Shown here: piece by piece, positions 50,566 to 60,237 of the stretch
Layout: each line of letters opens with the position of its first letter
How positions within the stretch are numbered: position 1 is the first letter of the stretch
NCBI GenBank assembly: GCA_015059365.1
Contig: SVAO01000001.1
Coordinates: 216 to 64,215 of the forward strand
Source: Bacillota bacterium
Lineage (GTDB): Bacteria; Bacillota_I; Bacilli_A; RF39; UBA660
Length of the DNA: 64,000 nucleotides
Direction: 5' to 3'
Position numbers and translations under genes: made by a program
Notes under the pieces: generated by a model
Databases searched by the model: none
What the model saw: only the letters and a program-made list of their open reading frames with translations
Told to the model about the DNA's origin: nothing

Positions 50566-52410
50566 ATGAAACATAAACTTAAAAAAATATTATTTTTGAT
50601 AGTTTTAACTTTAGGGTTTACGATGAATGTAAGTGCTAAAACAACTGTTGAAGAAGATGTAAGTAAATATGATGGCGATGTTTATATTATTGGATCATCT
50701 AAATTTGATAATGATGTAATTGTAACAGGAACTATGGCAGGTATTGCTGGTGGTAGAGAAACATTAATTCAATATTTGATATATAATAATTATGAATATG
50801 ATCCAACGGATTTAAGAATTTATTATTATTCTGAGTTAGACAGTTCATGGTCAGTATTACCGGTAACTGCTGATGAAGAATTTAGAGAGTTAACTGATGA
50901 AGAAGTAGAAGAACTTACACAAGATTTAAAAATTTATTATGTAAATGAGGAAGAAAAAACAATTGAAGTTCCTTATGAGGTTGAACTTGAAGAAGGATAT
51001 TCTCTAGAATTTTATGCTCCTGGTTTAAATAAGGATTCCGAAGTAAAACATGAAAATGGAAAATTATTAATTCCAGCCACAACGCTTTATGTTGAAATAT
51101 ATGCGTCAAATGGGGAAGAAGAAATTTACTTAGATTCTTTTGAACCAAGCGACTCAGGCTTTGTGAATAGTTATACTGCAGTAAGAAATGTAGAAGATTT
51201 TAATAAAGCATTAGCTTCTTCAGAAATAGAGTATATTTATTTAGAAGCAGATATTGATCTTCCAACAGCGTTAGAAATAACAAAAGAAGTAACAATTGAT
51301 TTAAATGGATATAACTTAACAGTAACAGAAGACACAGCTGGGGATGGAGTATTTCACGTATTAGAAGGTGGAGACTTAACAATCGAAGGTGAAGGAACCA
51401 TTGATGGAGTAGGAAAAAACAATTACAATATAGCAATTTTTGCAGAAGCCGGAAGAGTAACAATCAATGGAGGGTTATATACAAACGTAAATACAGTTCA
51501 AAATCCAGAAGATAAAGATAACCAACACTATGATTTAATTTATGCAAAAGGAACAGCAGAAATTATAATTAATGGAGGAAGATTCGAGGGAAAAACTCCA
51601 GCTTGGTTATTAAATCAAAATGATAAAGCAAGAGAAACATCATCAATTACAGTATATGGTGGAACATTTGTAGGATTTAATCCAGCAAATAATGCAGCAG
51701 AAGGACAAGGTACAAACTTTGTAGCTGAAGGATATAAAGTAACACAAGATGGTGAAGAATATATCGTATCTGAAATTGAAGATGAAGATGTAGCAGTTGT
51801 AGATGGAGTAACATATCAAGATTTAGAAACAGCTATTCTAGCAGGAACAACAGTAAAATTGATAAATGATATTGATCTTCCAACAGCGTTAGAAATAACA
51901 AAAGAAGTAACAATTGATTTAAATGGATATAACTTAACAGTAACAGAAGACACAGCTGGGGATGGAGTATTTCACGTGTTAGAAGGTGGAGACTTAACAA
52001 TCGAAGGTGAAGGAACCATTGATGGAGTAGGAAAAAACAATTACAATATAGCAATTTTTGCAGAAGCCGGAAGAGTAACAATCAATGGAGGGTTATATAC
52101 AAACGTAAATACAGTTCAAAATCCAGAAGATAAAGATAACCAACACTATGATTTAATTTATGCAAAAGGAACAGCAGAAATTATAATTAATGGAGGAAGA
52201 TTCGAGGGAAAAACTCCAGCTTGGTTATTAAATCAAAATGATAAAGCAAGAGAAACATCATCAATTACAGTATATGGTGGAACATTTGTAGGATTTAATC
52301 CAGCAAATAATGCAGCAGAAGGACAAGGTACAAACTTTGTAGCTGAAGGATATAAAGTAGTTGAAATAGACGGTGAATATACTGTGTTAGAAGAAATAGT
52401 AGAGGAGTAA
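50566..52410 (+). CDS. Secreted acidic protein with duplicated beta-helix-like adhesin domain
   Basis: Signal peptide ending VSA; two identical ~164-aa modules (TIDLNGYNL, TINGG, GGTFVGFNPA). Confidence 0.85.
   Translation: MKHKLKKILFLIVLTLGFTMNVSAKTTVEEDVSKYDGDVYIIGSSKFDNDVIVTGTMAGIAGGRETLIQYLIYNNYEYDPTDLRIYYYSELDSSWSVLPVTADEEFRELTDEEVEELTQDLKIYYVNEEEKTIEVPYEVELEEGYSLEFYAPGLNKDSEVKHENGKLLIPATTLYVEIYASNGEEEIYLDSFEPSDSGFVNSYTAVRNVEDFNKALASSEIEYIYLEADIDLPTALEITKEVTIDLNGYNLTVTEDTAGDGVFHVLEGGDLTIEGEGTIDGVGKNNYNIAIFAEAGRVTINGGLYTNVNTVQNPEDKDNQHYDLIYAKGTAEIIINGGRFEGKTPAWLLNQNDKARETSSITVYGGTFVGFNPANNAAEGQGTNFVAEGYKVTQDGEEYIVSEIEDEDVAVVDGVTYQDLETAILAGTTVKLINDIDLPTALEITKEVTIDLNGYNLTVTEDTAGDGVFHVLEGGDLTIEGEGTIDGVGKNNYNIAIFAEAGRVTINGGLYTNVNTVQNPEDKDNQHYDLIYAKGTAEIIINGGRFEGKTPAWLLNQNDKARETSSITVYGGTFVGFNPANNAAEGQGTNFVAEGYKVVEIDGEYTVLEEIVEE
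51250..52359 (+). repeat. 492-bp near-perfect intragenic direct repeat (51250-51741 and 51868-52359)
   Basis: Offset 618 bp; one synonymous difference seen (gta/gtg at 51360/51978). Confidence 0.93.
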
Positions 52411-52496
52411 TCCTCTTTTATTTTTTAATAAAAATTTTAAATGACTAAAACTTTATGTTTTTAAATATACATGGTATACTTATGTTGGTGAGATTT

Positions 52497-53210
52497 ATGC
52501 AGAGGTATTTTAGTAATGAATTAAATAATAATACATTTAAATTAAATAATGATGATATATACCATATAACAAAAGTTATGAGAATGAATGAAAATGACTT
52601 GATCGAAGTTGTTTATCAAAAATGTGTGTATTTGTGTAATTTAGACTTTTCTGGCAGTGAGGTAAGTGTTAAACTAAATAGTAAAGTGGAATCAGTTAAT
52701 GATGAAAGTCAAGAAATTGTTTTAATAATTCCATTATTAAAAGAAGCAAAAATGGATTTGATTTTACAAAAAGCAACTGAACTTGGTGTTAATAAAATAA
52801 TACCTGTTGTAATGGAACGTAGTATTGTTCATTTGGATAATGATAGACAGTCAAAAAAGATAGAAAGATGGACCAAAATTTGTAAGGAAGCTAGTGAACA
52901 ATCAATGAGAGTTACTATACCAGTAATTACAGAAGTAAAAAGAATAACAGATTTAAAAAGTTTAGAAGGTGTAAAATTAGTGTGTAGTACGCTAGAAAAG
53001 GAAAATACTATTAAAATGTTTTTGCAATCAAATAAAAGTTATGATAAAATTAATATAGTAATTGGTCCTGAAGGAGGACTGTCTTTAAAAGAAGAAGATT
53101 ATTTAAAAAGTATTGGTTTTGCCCCTGTTTCTTTAGGTAAAAGAATTATGAGAGTCGAAACTGTACCGTTATTTATATTAAGTGTGTTAAATTATGAAAT
53201 TATGGAGTGA
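52497..53210 (+). CDS. rsmE: 16S rRNA m3U1498 methyltransferase
   Basis: MQRYF, HITKVMR, QKATELGV, EASEQS, IGPEGG, LGKRIMRVET. Confidence 0.97.
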   Translation: MQRYFSNELNNNTFKLNNDDIYHITKVMRMNENDLIEVVYQKCVYLCNLDFSGSEVSVKLNSKVESVNDESQEIVLIIPLLKEAKMDLILQKATELGVNKIIPVVMERSIVHLDNDRQSKKIERWTKICKEASEQSMRVTIPVITEVKRITDLKSLEGVKLVCSTLEKENTIKMFLQSNKSYDKINIVIGPEGGLSLKEEDYLKSIGFAPVSLGKRIMRVETVPLFILSVLNYEIME

Positions 53211-53215
53211 TTGGC

Positions 53216-53866
53216 ATGGATTTTATTGGAAAGATTGTGAATAGTTCAACTTTTTATTATTGTTTAATTGGAATTGTATATGTTTTGTGTATAGTTTTTG
53301 TTGTAATGTTATTGGTAAAAAATAAACGTAAAAAACATATAGAACCAAAAGTTGAACAAAAAAAAGATTTAAGTTCTATTGATCTAGAATCTGTATTAGA
53401 AAAAATGCAAGAAGATTCTAGTAAAACAAAAGATGAAATTATGACTTTTGAAGAAGAACAGGAAGAAAAAGCTATAATCAGTTATCAAGAATTATTAAAT
53501 GCGGTTAAAAAAAATGTTAACTCAGTAACAGAAGTCAAAGAAACTCAAAATGACAATATAAATAAAGAAGAAATAAAATTAACCGTTGAGAGCGTTTTAG
53601 AACCTGAAGTTTTAAAACAAGATGACAAACCTAAAACTGTGTTAAAAGAAGAGTCAAAACAAACGAAATTTCAAAATAGTGAATTTATTTCTCCTATATA
53701 TGGAAGAGTAAATAATGAAATGGATTATCCTACAATAAAATCATTTGATGAAAAAAATGAAGAAGATTTAGAAAAAACAATAGTTATGCCTAAGGTTAAT
53801 TCTAAATATGATGATAATGATGAATTTTTAAAGTTATTAAAAGAATTTAGAAATAATTTAGAATAA
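53216..53866 (+). CDS. Hypothetical membrane-anchored acidic protein
   Basis: N-terminal TM, low-complexity acidic body with short motifs EQEEKAIISYQEL, FISPIYG, EFLKLLKEFR. Confidence 0.75.
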   Translation: MDFIGKIVNSSTFYYCLIGIVYVLCIVFVVMLLVKNKRKKHIEPKVEQKKDLSSIDLESVLEKMQEDSSKTKDEIMTFEEEQEEKAIISYQELLNAVKKNVNSVTEVKETQNDNINKEEIKLTVESVLEPEVLKQDDKPKTVLKEESKQTKFQNSEFISPIYGRVNNEMDYPTIKSFDEKNEEDLEKTIVMPKVNSKYDDNDEFLKLLKEFRNNLE

Positions 53867-53907
53867 GCAAAAAGCTTATTTTTTTAAAAAATGGGGGGTT
53901 ATTTAAG

Positions 53908-55200
53908 ATGTGTTTTTATATTTATACATTGGGATGTAAAGTCAATACCTATGAAAGTAATGTTATTAGTGAATTATTAGAACGCGATTATCGCAAAGTT
54001 GATAACCCTAAAGAAGCAGATTTTATCATAATTAATACTTGCACTGTTACTAATACTGCTGATAATAAATCTTTAAAAATGATTAGGCAGGCACATAGAT
54101 TAAATGAAAAAGCAAAAATTATAGTGTGTGGTTGTATGTCTCAACATTCGTCAGAACGCATTATCGATTTAGATAATGTAATAATTATTATTGGAAATAA
54201 AAATAAAAGTAGAATACCACAATATATTGATGAATATATGAAAACAAAAAAACAAATAGTTGATATATATGATTTAACTGATGTTCCATTTGAAGAAATG
54301 AAGTTAAATAATTTTAATAAAACTAGGGCTTTTGTTAAAATTCAGGACGGCTGTAATAATTTTTGCTCTTATTGTATTATTCCTTATACTAGAGGTAATG
54401 TAAGAAGTAAAAAACCAGAAGAGATTCTAGAGGAAATTGATACGTTAGTTAATAATGGCCATGAAGAGATAGTTTTAACTGGAATTCATACTGGACATTA
54501 TGGTTCAGAATTTGACAATTATAATTTCAAAGATTTGTTAATTGATATTTTAAAAATAAATAAATTAAAGAGATTACGTATTTCATCAATTGAAATTACT
54601 GAAATAACCGATGAAATATTAGATATAATTAAAAATAATAATGTATTAGTTGATCATATGCATATACCATTACAATCCGGTTGCGATTCGGTACTAAAAA
54701 ATATGAATCGTAAATATGATACAAAGTATTTTGTTGATAAAATAAGTAATTTACGTGATGTGAGACCAAATATTTCTGTAACTACTGATGTTATTGTGGG
54801 ATTTCCTGGTGAGACAGAAGATAATTTTAAAGAAACTGTTGAAACGATAAAAAAAATTAATTTTAGTAAAATACACGTATTTCCATATTCACGACGTAGC
54901 GGGACTAAAGCAGATTTGATGGATAATCAAATTTCTGAAGAAATAAAAAAAGAAAGAACAAGAGTTTTGTTGGATTTATCTAAAGAGTTAGAAAAAGGTT
55001 ATATGAATAGATTTATAGGATATGATTTAGAATTTATTCCAGAGATAGAAAAAGAAGGATATTTATATGGTCATACTGGAAATTATTTATATATTAAGAT
55101 TAAGGGATGCAAAGAATTATTGCAGAAGTCATTGAAGGTAAAAATAAATATGGTTGATTATCCATATTGTATTGGAGAGATTATAGAGGAGGAAAAATAA
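53908..55200 (+). CDS. mtaB: tRNA t6A37 methylthiotransferase
   Basis: TLGCKVN.YE, INTCTVT, KIQDGCNNFCSYCIIP, RLRISSIE, HVFPYS. Confidence 0.97.
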   Translation: MCFYIYTLGCKVNTYESNVISELLERDYRKVDNPKEADFIIINTCTVTNTADNKSLKMIRQAHRLNEKAKIIVCGCMSQHSSERIIDLDNVIIIIGNKNKSRIPQYIDEYMKTKKQIVDIYDLTDVPFEEMKLNNFNKTRAFVKIQDGCNNFCSYCIIPYTRGNVRSKKPEEILEEIDTLVNNGHEEIVLTGIHTGHYGSEFDNYNFKDLLIDILKINKLKRLRISSIEITEITDEILDIIKNNNVLVDHMHIPLQSGCDSVLKNMNRKYDTKYFVDKISNLRDVRPNISVTTDVIVGFPGETEDNFKETVETIKKINFSKIHVFPYSRRSGTKADLMDNQISEEIKKERTRVLLDLSKELEKGYMNRFIGYDLEFIPEIEKEGYLYGHTGNYLYIKIKGCKELLQKSLKVKINMVDYPYCIGEIIEEEK

Positions 55201-55201
55201 A

Positions 55202-55420
55202 ATGAATATTGAATTAAGAGATGTATTAACAATTGAAGGAAAAGAATATGTAGTAAGTTGTAAGATGATTCACGAAGGAGAAAAATATATTTATTTAGTT
55301 AATATGGAAGATAATACAGATGTTAGATTTTGCTTATATAAAGATGGTAGAATTTTTGAGACATTTGATCAAGAAACTGTGGATGCTTTATTAATACAAA
55401 TAGCTCAAAATGTCCAATAA
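55202..55420 (+). CDS. Small acidic DUF1292-like protein
   Basis: LTIEGKEYVV......YIYLVN; similar pattern to 40489-40716. Confidence 0.55.
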   Translation: MNIELRDVLTIEGKEYVVSCKMIHEGEKYIYLVNMEDNTDVRFCLYKDGRIFETFDQETVDALLIQIAQNVQ

Positions 55421-55555
55421 TATAAAAATTTGACAAAATGAAAAAAAGTGATATAATACTTACCAACAACGAGGGAATTAGCAAAAAAACATGGATTTGA
55501 CAAAGTCAAAAAAATATGTTAGTATATACGCCATAAACAAAAAGGGGGAAAAATT

Positions 55556-55984
55556 ATGGAAAAAACAACAAAAACAACAAAAACAACAAAAATTACATCA
55601 GAAACAAAATTAGGAGATTTAAAGGAACTTATCGTTACAAAAAAACAATCATATCAAGATATTGCTGATGCAGCAAAAAAAGCAAACGTTAATAAAACTT
55701 TCGTAACAGGAGTTTCATTAGCTGCTGCAGTAGTAGGAATTGCTGGAGTTATCACTCCAATAGGTGCATTTGGATTTGCCGCATCTTTAGTTGCAGGTGG
55801 ATTAGGTACATATGGTTCAATTATGAATGTTCCAAAATATGCAAAGAATTTGTTTATTAGATGTAAGAGTAAATTGGCTCAAAGAAAATATAATAAATGG
55901 ATTAAAGAAATTGATTCTTTAACAGAGTCAAAAGAAAAAACAAAAAAAGAAGATAAGAAAAAAACAAAGAAAAAAACAAAATAA
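55556..55984 (+). CDS. Hypothetical membrane protein with Gly/Ala-rich hairpin and Lys-rich termini
   Basis: KTT x3 at the N-terminus, two hydrophobic segments, KKKTKKKTK tail; tandem TTGACA promoters. Confidence 0.75.
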   Translation: MEKTTKTTKTTKITSETKLGDLKELIVTKKQSYQDIADAAKKANVNKTFVTGVSLAAAVVGIAGVITPIGAFGFAASLVAGGLGTYGSIMNVPKYAKNLFIRCKSKLAQRKYNKWIKEIDSLTESKEKTKKEDKKKTKKKTK

Positions 55985-56055
55985 GATAGTTGATTAACTA
56001 TCTTTTTTTGTTAACATTTGCTAGTGTTAGGCATAAATTATAGTAGGTGGTTAAC

Positions 56056-56421
56056 ATGGATAAAAAAGAGGAATTTAAATTATTTGTTAAGCAAAATCCA
56101 AAACTATTAAAATATATTAGAAATGGTGAAATGACTTGGCAGAAATTTTATGAAATATATGATATGTATGGACAAGAAGAAGAAGCTTGGAAAGAATTTT
56201 TAAGTGTTGGAGCTACCGCGACAGCAGCAGCTACCTCAACATTTTCTTTTAACGATATGATTAATTGGCTTAAAACTATTAATTTTGATAGTGTACAAAC
56301 AGGAATAGGAAATTTACAAAGAGTGATTGGGATGGTTCAAGATTTAACTAATAAAGATACAAAGGAAATAAAAAAAGAAGAATATAAACCGCGTCCTTTG
56401 TATAAACACTTTGATGATTGA
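56056..56421 (+). CDS. ylbD: YlbD-family spore coat protein
   Basis: FKLFVKQNPKL, TWQKFYE, W, RPLYKHFDD. Confidence 0.9.
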   Translation: MDKKEEFKLFVKQNPKLLKYIRNGEMTWQKFYEIYDMYGQEEEAWKEFLSVGATATAAATSTFSFNDMINWLKTINFDSVQTGIGNLQRVIGMVQDLTNKDTKEIKKEEYKPRPLYKHFDD

Positions 56422-56642
56422 TGAGTTTAGAAATACAATTTAAAATAAAAAACAATCCTAATTATTTAAGATATTTAAGAGAAAATTCATATTGGTATAA
56501 AGAATTAAATAGAAATCCAGCTTCGTTTGCTTTGTTTGAAGAAAAAATGCGTGAGGATTATCATTTAAGGCCGGTTGATCGTTTTAGTAGAATCATAGAT
56601 TCTATAGATATGTTACAAACAGTGCTTTCCTCTTTAAAATAG
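56421..56642 (+). CDS. ylbE: YlbE-like protein
   Basis: YLRENSYWYKELNRNP, downstream of ylbD. Confidence 0.9.
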   Translation: MSLEIQFKIKNNPNYLRYLRENSYWYKELNRNPASFALFEEKMREDYHLRPVDRFSRIIDSIDMLQTVLSSLK

Positions 56643-56669
56643 ATGTGTTAAAATATTGTTGGTGGTAAT

Positions 56670-57203
56670 ATGAGAGTTATAAGTGGCAAATATAAAGGAC
56701 TTGAAATAAAGGGTTATGATATTACAGGAACTAGACCAACAATGGATAGGGTAAAAGAGTCTTTATTTGCAAGTATTCAGCGGAATGTAAAAAATAGTGT
56801 TTGCTTAGATTTATTTTCTGGAAGTGGCTCACTGGGAATAGAAGCATTAAGTATGGGAGCAAGTTCTTGTTATTTTGTTGATAATAATCCAATAGTTATT
56901 AAAACCTTGAAAGATAATTTAAAAAAGTTAAATATAAAAGAAGAATATCATTTATTATCTAATGATTATAAAATTATTTTAAAAGATTTAAGTGGTAAAA
57001 TTAAATTTGATTTGATTTTTTTAGATCCTCCATATCATTTAAATTTTATGAATGATTCAATAAAAAGAATTATGGATTATGATTTATTGAATGATGGTGG
57101 ATTGCTAATATGTGAGTATGAAGAAGGTATTATTGAATGCAACTTAACTCTTATAAAAAGTAAAAAATACGGTAGTAAAAATATAAGTATTTATCAAAAA
57201 TGA
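56670..57203 (+). CDS. rsmD: 16S rRNA m2G966 methyltransferase
   Basis: MRVISG, TRPTMDRVKESLF, LDLFSGSG.LGIEALS, FLDPPY. Confidence 0.97.
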   Translation: MRVISGKYKGLEIKGYDITGTRPTMDRVKESLFASIQRNVKNSVCLDLFSGSGSLGIEALSMGASSCYFVDNNPIVIKTLKDNLKKLNIKEEYHLLSNDYKIILKDLSGKIKFDLIFLDPPYHLNFMNDSIKRIMDYDLLNDGGLLICEYEEGIIECNLTLIKSKKYGSKNISIYQK

Positions 57204-57281
57204 AATTTTTTTCATTTTTTTTGTTTGCAAAAAAGGATATTGAAAATACATGAGATATGTTAATAGTGAGGAGGGGAGATA

Positions 57282-59351
57282 ATGAGTAGATATCCTTTTA
57301 TAAAACAAAATGGATTAAAAGATTGTGGTGCTACTTGTCTAGCTATGATTATTAAATATTATAATGGATATGTAGGATTTGAAAAATTAAGATTGCTCAC
57401 AAAAACTACTAAGTATGGAGTTAATGCTTATAATTTGTGTGAAGGAGCGAAAGAAGTTGGATTTGAAGCTTATGGGTTAAAATGCACTTTAGAAAATATT
57501 GTTTCTGATGAAATTGTATTTCCTTGTATTGCTCACGTAAAAATCAATAACTATCAACATTATATAGTTATTTATAAAATAAATTATAAGAAAAAACAAA
57601 TTGTTATTGCAGATCCTGCGGTAGGTTTGAAAAAAATTGGTTTTGCTGAATTCGAAAGTATTTGGGATGGGGTAATAATCAATTTATTTCCTAATAGAAA
57701 AATACCCATAGAAAGAAAGAATACATCTTTCCAACTTTTCTTAAACATTATTAAATGTTATCCTAAATTATTATTAAATATATTCCTTTATTCAATAATG
57801 ACCATAATCTTTTCTTGTATAACATCATTTTATTTTAAGACCCTTATAGATAATTTAAATACCTCAAAAAACTATTTATTATTCATTTTTATTATATTTT
57901 TAATAATTAATCTTTTTAAACAAATAAACTCCTTTTTACGAAACAAACTAATAATTGAATTTAATAAAAAGATAGACATGATGTTATCTAAAAATATTTA
58001 TGATAAAATTATCGACCTCCCTTACCAATATTATCGTAACCGTACTACTGGAGAGATGGTATCTCGTTTTAATGATTTGAGTTTAGTAAAAGATATGATT
58101 AGTAAAACATTATTCACTATATTAATTGATGTACCACTTTTAATTATTAGTTTTATTCTCTTATTTATGATTGATATACATCTTAGTTTTATTTTATTAT
58201 TTTTAACCTTACTTTATAGTTTAATAGTATTACTGTTTCAGCCATATATAGATAATTATATTGAGAAAATTCAACAAGAAAAATCATATAGTTCTTCATT
58301 AATGGTAGAATCCATTAGTGGTTTTGAAACGGTAAAAAATTTAAGTGCTGGACATCATTTCAAAACGTTATTTAAAGAAAAATATTATAAATTAGTTACT
58401 ATGATTAACTCTTTTGATAAAGCGTTAAATATCAAACAACTGTTTAATGAATTTATTTTTGAAATAGGAATATTAGTTATCTTATTTATTGGAGTTTTAA
58501 AAATAGTAGATAATCAATTAACCATAAGTAGTTTAATTATGTTTTATACATTAATAAATTACTATGTTGATTCAGTTAAAAATTTATTTAATTTTGATAT
58601 TAGTTATAGACAGTCTAGGATTTCTTTGAAAAGAATTTTAGAATTATTTTTTGATTATCAGGATAACGGTATAGTTAGGATTTTAAAGGATGGGGTTATT
58701 GATTACCACAATTTGTCTTTTTCATATAATAATACATCTTTAGTTTTAAAAAACATTAATTTAGTTATAAACCAAGGGGAAAAAGTATTAATTACTGGTA
58801 GTAGTGGTAGCGGAAAAAGTACATTGCTAAAATTATTAATGAGATACTATTCAATAAATAATAATCAGATATTTATTGACGATATTGATTTAAACTTTTA
58901 TAAAGAGGATGTGCTTAGAAAAAATATTATATATATATCACAGAATGAAATCTTATTTTCTGATAGTATCATTAACAATTTATTATTAGGAAAGGAAGAA
59001 GATATTAGCGGAGTTATCGAATTATGTGAAATAAATCAAATTTTAAATAAAAGAAATTTAAATTTTAATTATATAGTAGAGGAAAATGGATTTAATTTTT
59101 CAGGAGGAGAAAAACAAAGAATCATGTTGGCTAGGGCATTATTAAAAAATTTTAAAATTTTATTAATCGACGAAGGTCTTAGTCAAATGGATGTTAATTT
59201 AGAAAGACGAATTTTAAAAAAACTATTTAATAAGTATAAAAATGAGACCATTATTGTAGTATCCCACAGAATGGATAATGCTGATTTATATAGTCGTAAT
59301 ATTCAAATGGAGAAAGGAAGAATAATTAAAGATGTTTGTAAAACAAAATAA
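57282..59351 (+). CDS. Peptidase C39-containing ABC transporter (ComA/LagD/SunT type)
   Basis: Q..KDCGATCLAM, HYIVI, IADPA; TM domain; GSSGSGKST, FSGGEKQR, LLIDE, VSHR. Confidence 0.96.
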   Translation: MSRYPFIKQNGLKDCGATCLAMIIKYYNGYVGFEKLRLLTKTTKYGVNAYNLCEGAKEVGFEAYGLKCTLENIVSDEIVFPCIAHVKINNYQHYIVIYKINYKKKQIVIADPAVGLKKIGFAEFESIWDGVIINLFPNRKIPIERKNTSFQLFLNIIKCYPKLLLNIFLYSIMTIIFSCITSFYFKTLIDNLNTSKNYLLFIFIIFLIINLFKQINSFLRNKLIIEFNKKIDMMLSKNIYDKIIDLPYQYYRNRTTGEMVSRFNDLSLVKDMISKTLFTILIDVPLLIISFILLFMIDIHLSFILLFLTLLYSLIVLLFQPYIDNYIEKIQQEKSYSSSLMVESISGFETVKNLSAGHHFKTLFKEKYYKLVTMINSFDKALNIKQLFNEFIFEIGILVILFIGVLKIVDNQLTISSLIMFYTLINYYVDSVKNLFNFDISYRQSRISLKRILELFFDYQDNGIVRILKDGVIDYHNLSFSYNNTSLVLKNINLVINQGEKVLITGSSGSGKSTLLKLLMRYYSINNNQIFIDDIDLNFYKEDVLRKNIIYISQNEILFSDSIINNLLLGKEEDISGVIELCEINQILNKRNLNFNYIVEENGFNFSGGEKQRIMLARALLKNFKILLIDEGLSQMDVNLERRILKKLFNKYKNETIIVVSHRMDNADLYSRNIQMEKGRIIKDVCKTK

Positions 59352-59769
59352 TTATGAAGAATTGATTTTTAGAAAAGAGCCTAGATATTTCTTTGTTTGG
59401 ATGGTATTTATGATTGTTGGAATGGCTATATTAATATTTATAAGTTTTTTTTATAAATTTAATAAATTTTACGAAATAAATGGCTTAGTCATAAATAAGG
59501 GAAGTGATAATTATGTTCAGATATTGGTTGAAAACGATAAGTTGGATATTGTCAAAAATGATAATTTAATTTTTGATAAAAAAGAAATAAAATTCAAATA
59601 TGAAATAAATTCTTATTTTTATAGTGATTCTGGCAAGATTTATCGCGAAATAAAACTGTTTTTTGAAAATGATTTATATGATGGACAACTTGTTAATTTT
59701 GTTTTTAAATCGGCTGAAACTACTTTAATGAATGAATTAAAAATTGGAATACAGAAAGGACTGATGTAA
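59332..59769 (+). CDS. Short membrane-anchored export accessory protein (reduced HlyD/ComB-like)
   Basis: N-terminal TM, overlaps the transporter stop and the next start; only 145 aa. Confidence 0.65.
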   Translation: MFVKQNNYEELIFRKEPRYFFVWMVFMIVGMAILIFISFFYKFNKFYEINGLVINKGSDNYVQILVENDKLDIVKNDNLIFDKKEIKFKYEINSYFYSDSGKIYREIKLFFENDLYDGQLVNFVFKSAETTLMNELKIGIQKGLM

Positions 59770-59909
59770 TGAAAAAAATGAAAAAAACCGAGATGTTAAA
59801 AGTAAATGGTGGTGGTATAAGTATTGGTTTTGGCCTTTTGATTGGGGCAGGAGTGGTTTTTATTATAGGATTAATTGATGGTTTTGTAAGGCCGCTTAAG
59901 TGTAATTAA
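59769..59909 (+). CDS. Double-glycine leader peptide precursor A (46 aa)
   Basis: MKKMKKTEMLKVNGG|GISIGFGLLIGAGVVFIIGLIDGFVRPLKCN; AAAGGA RBS; not in the ORF track. Confidence 0.9.
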   Translation: MKKMKKTEMLKVNGGGISIGFGLLIGAGVVFIIGLIDGFVRPLKCN

Positions 59910-59920
59910 GGAGGAAATAT

Positions 59921-60088
59921 ATGAAGAAATTAACTAATAAAGAAATGACAGAATTATATGGAGGAGCAATTACAGGAGCGTTTCTAAGTTCAATAATTAA
60001 AGGAATTAATATAATTTTAGAATTGGGTAGAAGTTTGGGAAGTGCAATTAGAAGAGGTAGTGGTGGCAAATTATGCTCCATATCTTAA
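59921..60088 (+). CDS. Double-glycine leader peptide precursor B (55 aa)
   Basis: MKKLTNKEMTELYGG|AITGAFLSSIIKGINIILELGRSLGSAIRRGSGGKLCSIS; AAGGAGG RBS; not in the ORF track. Confidence 0.9.
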   Translation: MKKLTNKEMTELYGGAITGAFLSSIIKGINIILELGRSLGSAIRRGSGGKLCSIS

Positions 60089-60237
60089 AAAATAAAAAGA
60101 CAATAATTTTATTAATAACTATATTATTAATTCCTATTTTGATTCCTGTATTTGAAATATTAGTAAATTGCATATTTTATATTGGAAAATATATAGGGAC
60201 GTTTGTTAGAGGCTTACATGAATTTGGAATGTGTTAA
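60073..60237 (+). CDS. Leaderless hydrophobic peptide C (54 aa), candidate immunity or third subunit
   Basis: MLHILKNKKTIILLITILLIPILIPVFEILVNCIFYIGKYIGTFVRGLHEFGMC; GGTGG RBS; followed by a terminator hairpin at ~60240-60263. Confidence 0.7.
   Translation: MLHILKNKKTIILLITILLIPILIPVFEILVNCIFYIGKYIGTFVRGLHEFGMC

Noticed and set aside
59896-60081. 61-aa minus-strand ORF in the peptide locus
   Set aside because: It is the antisense of precursor B, which has a strong RBS and a GG leader
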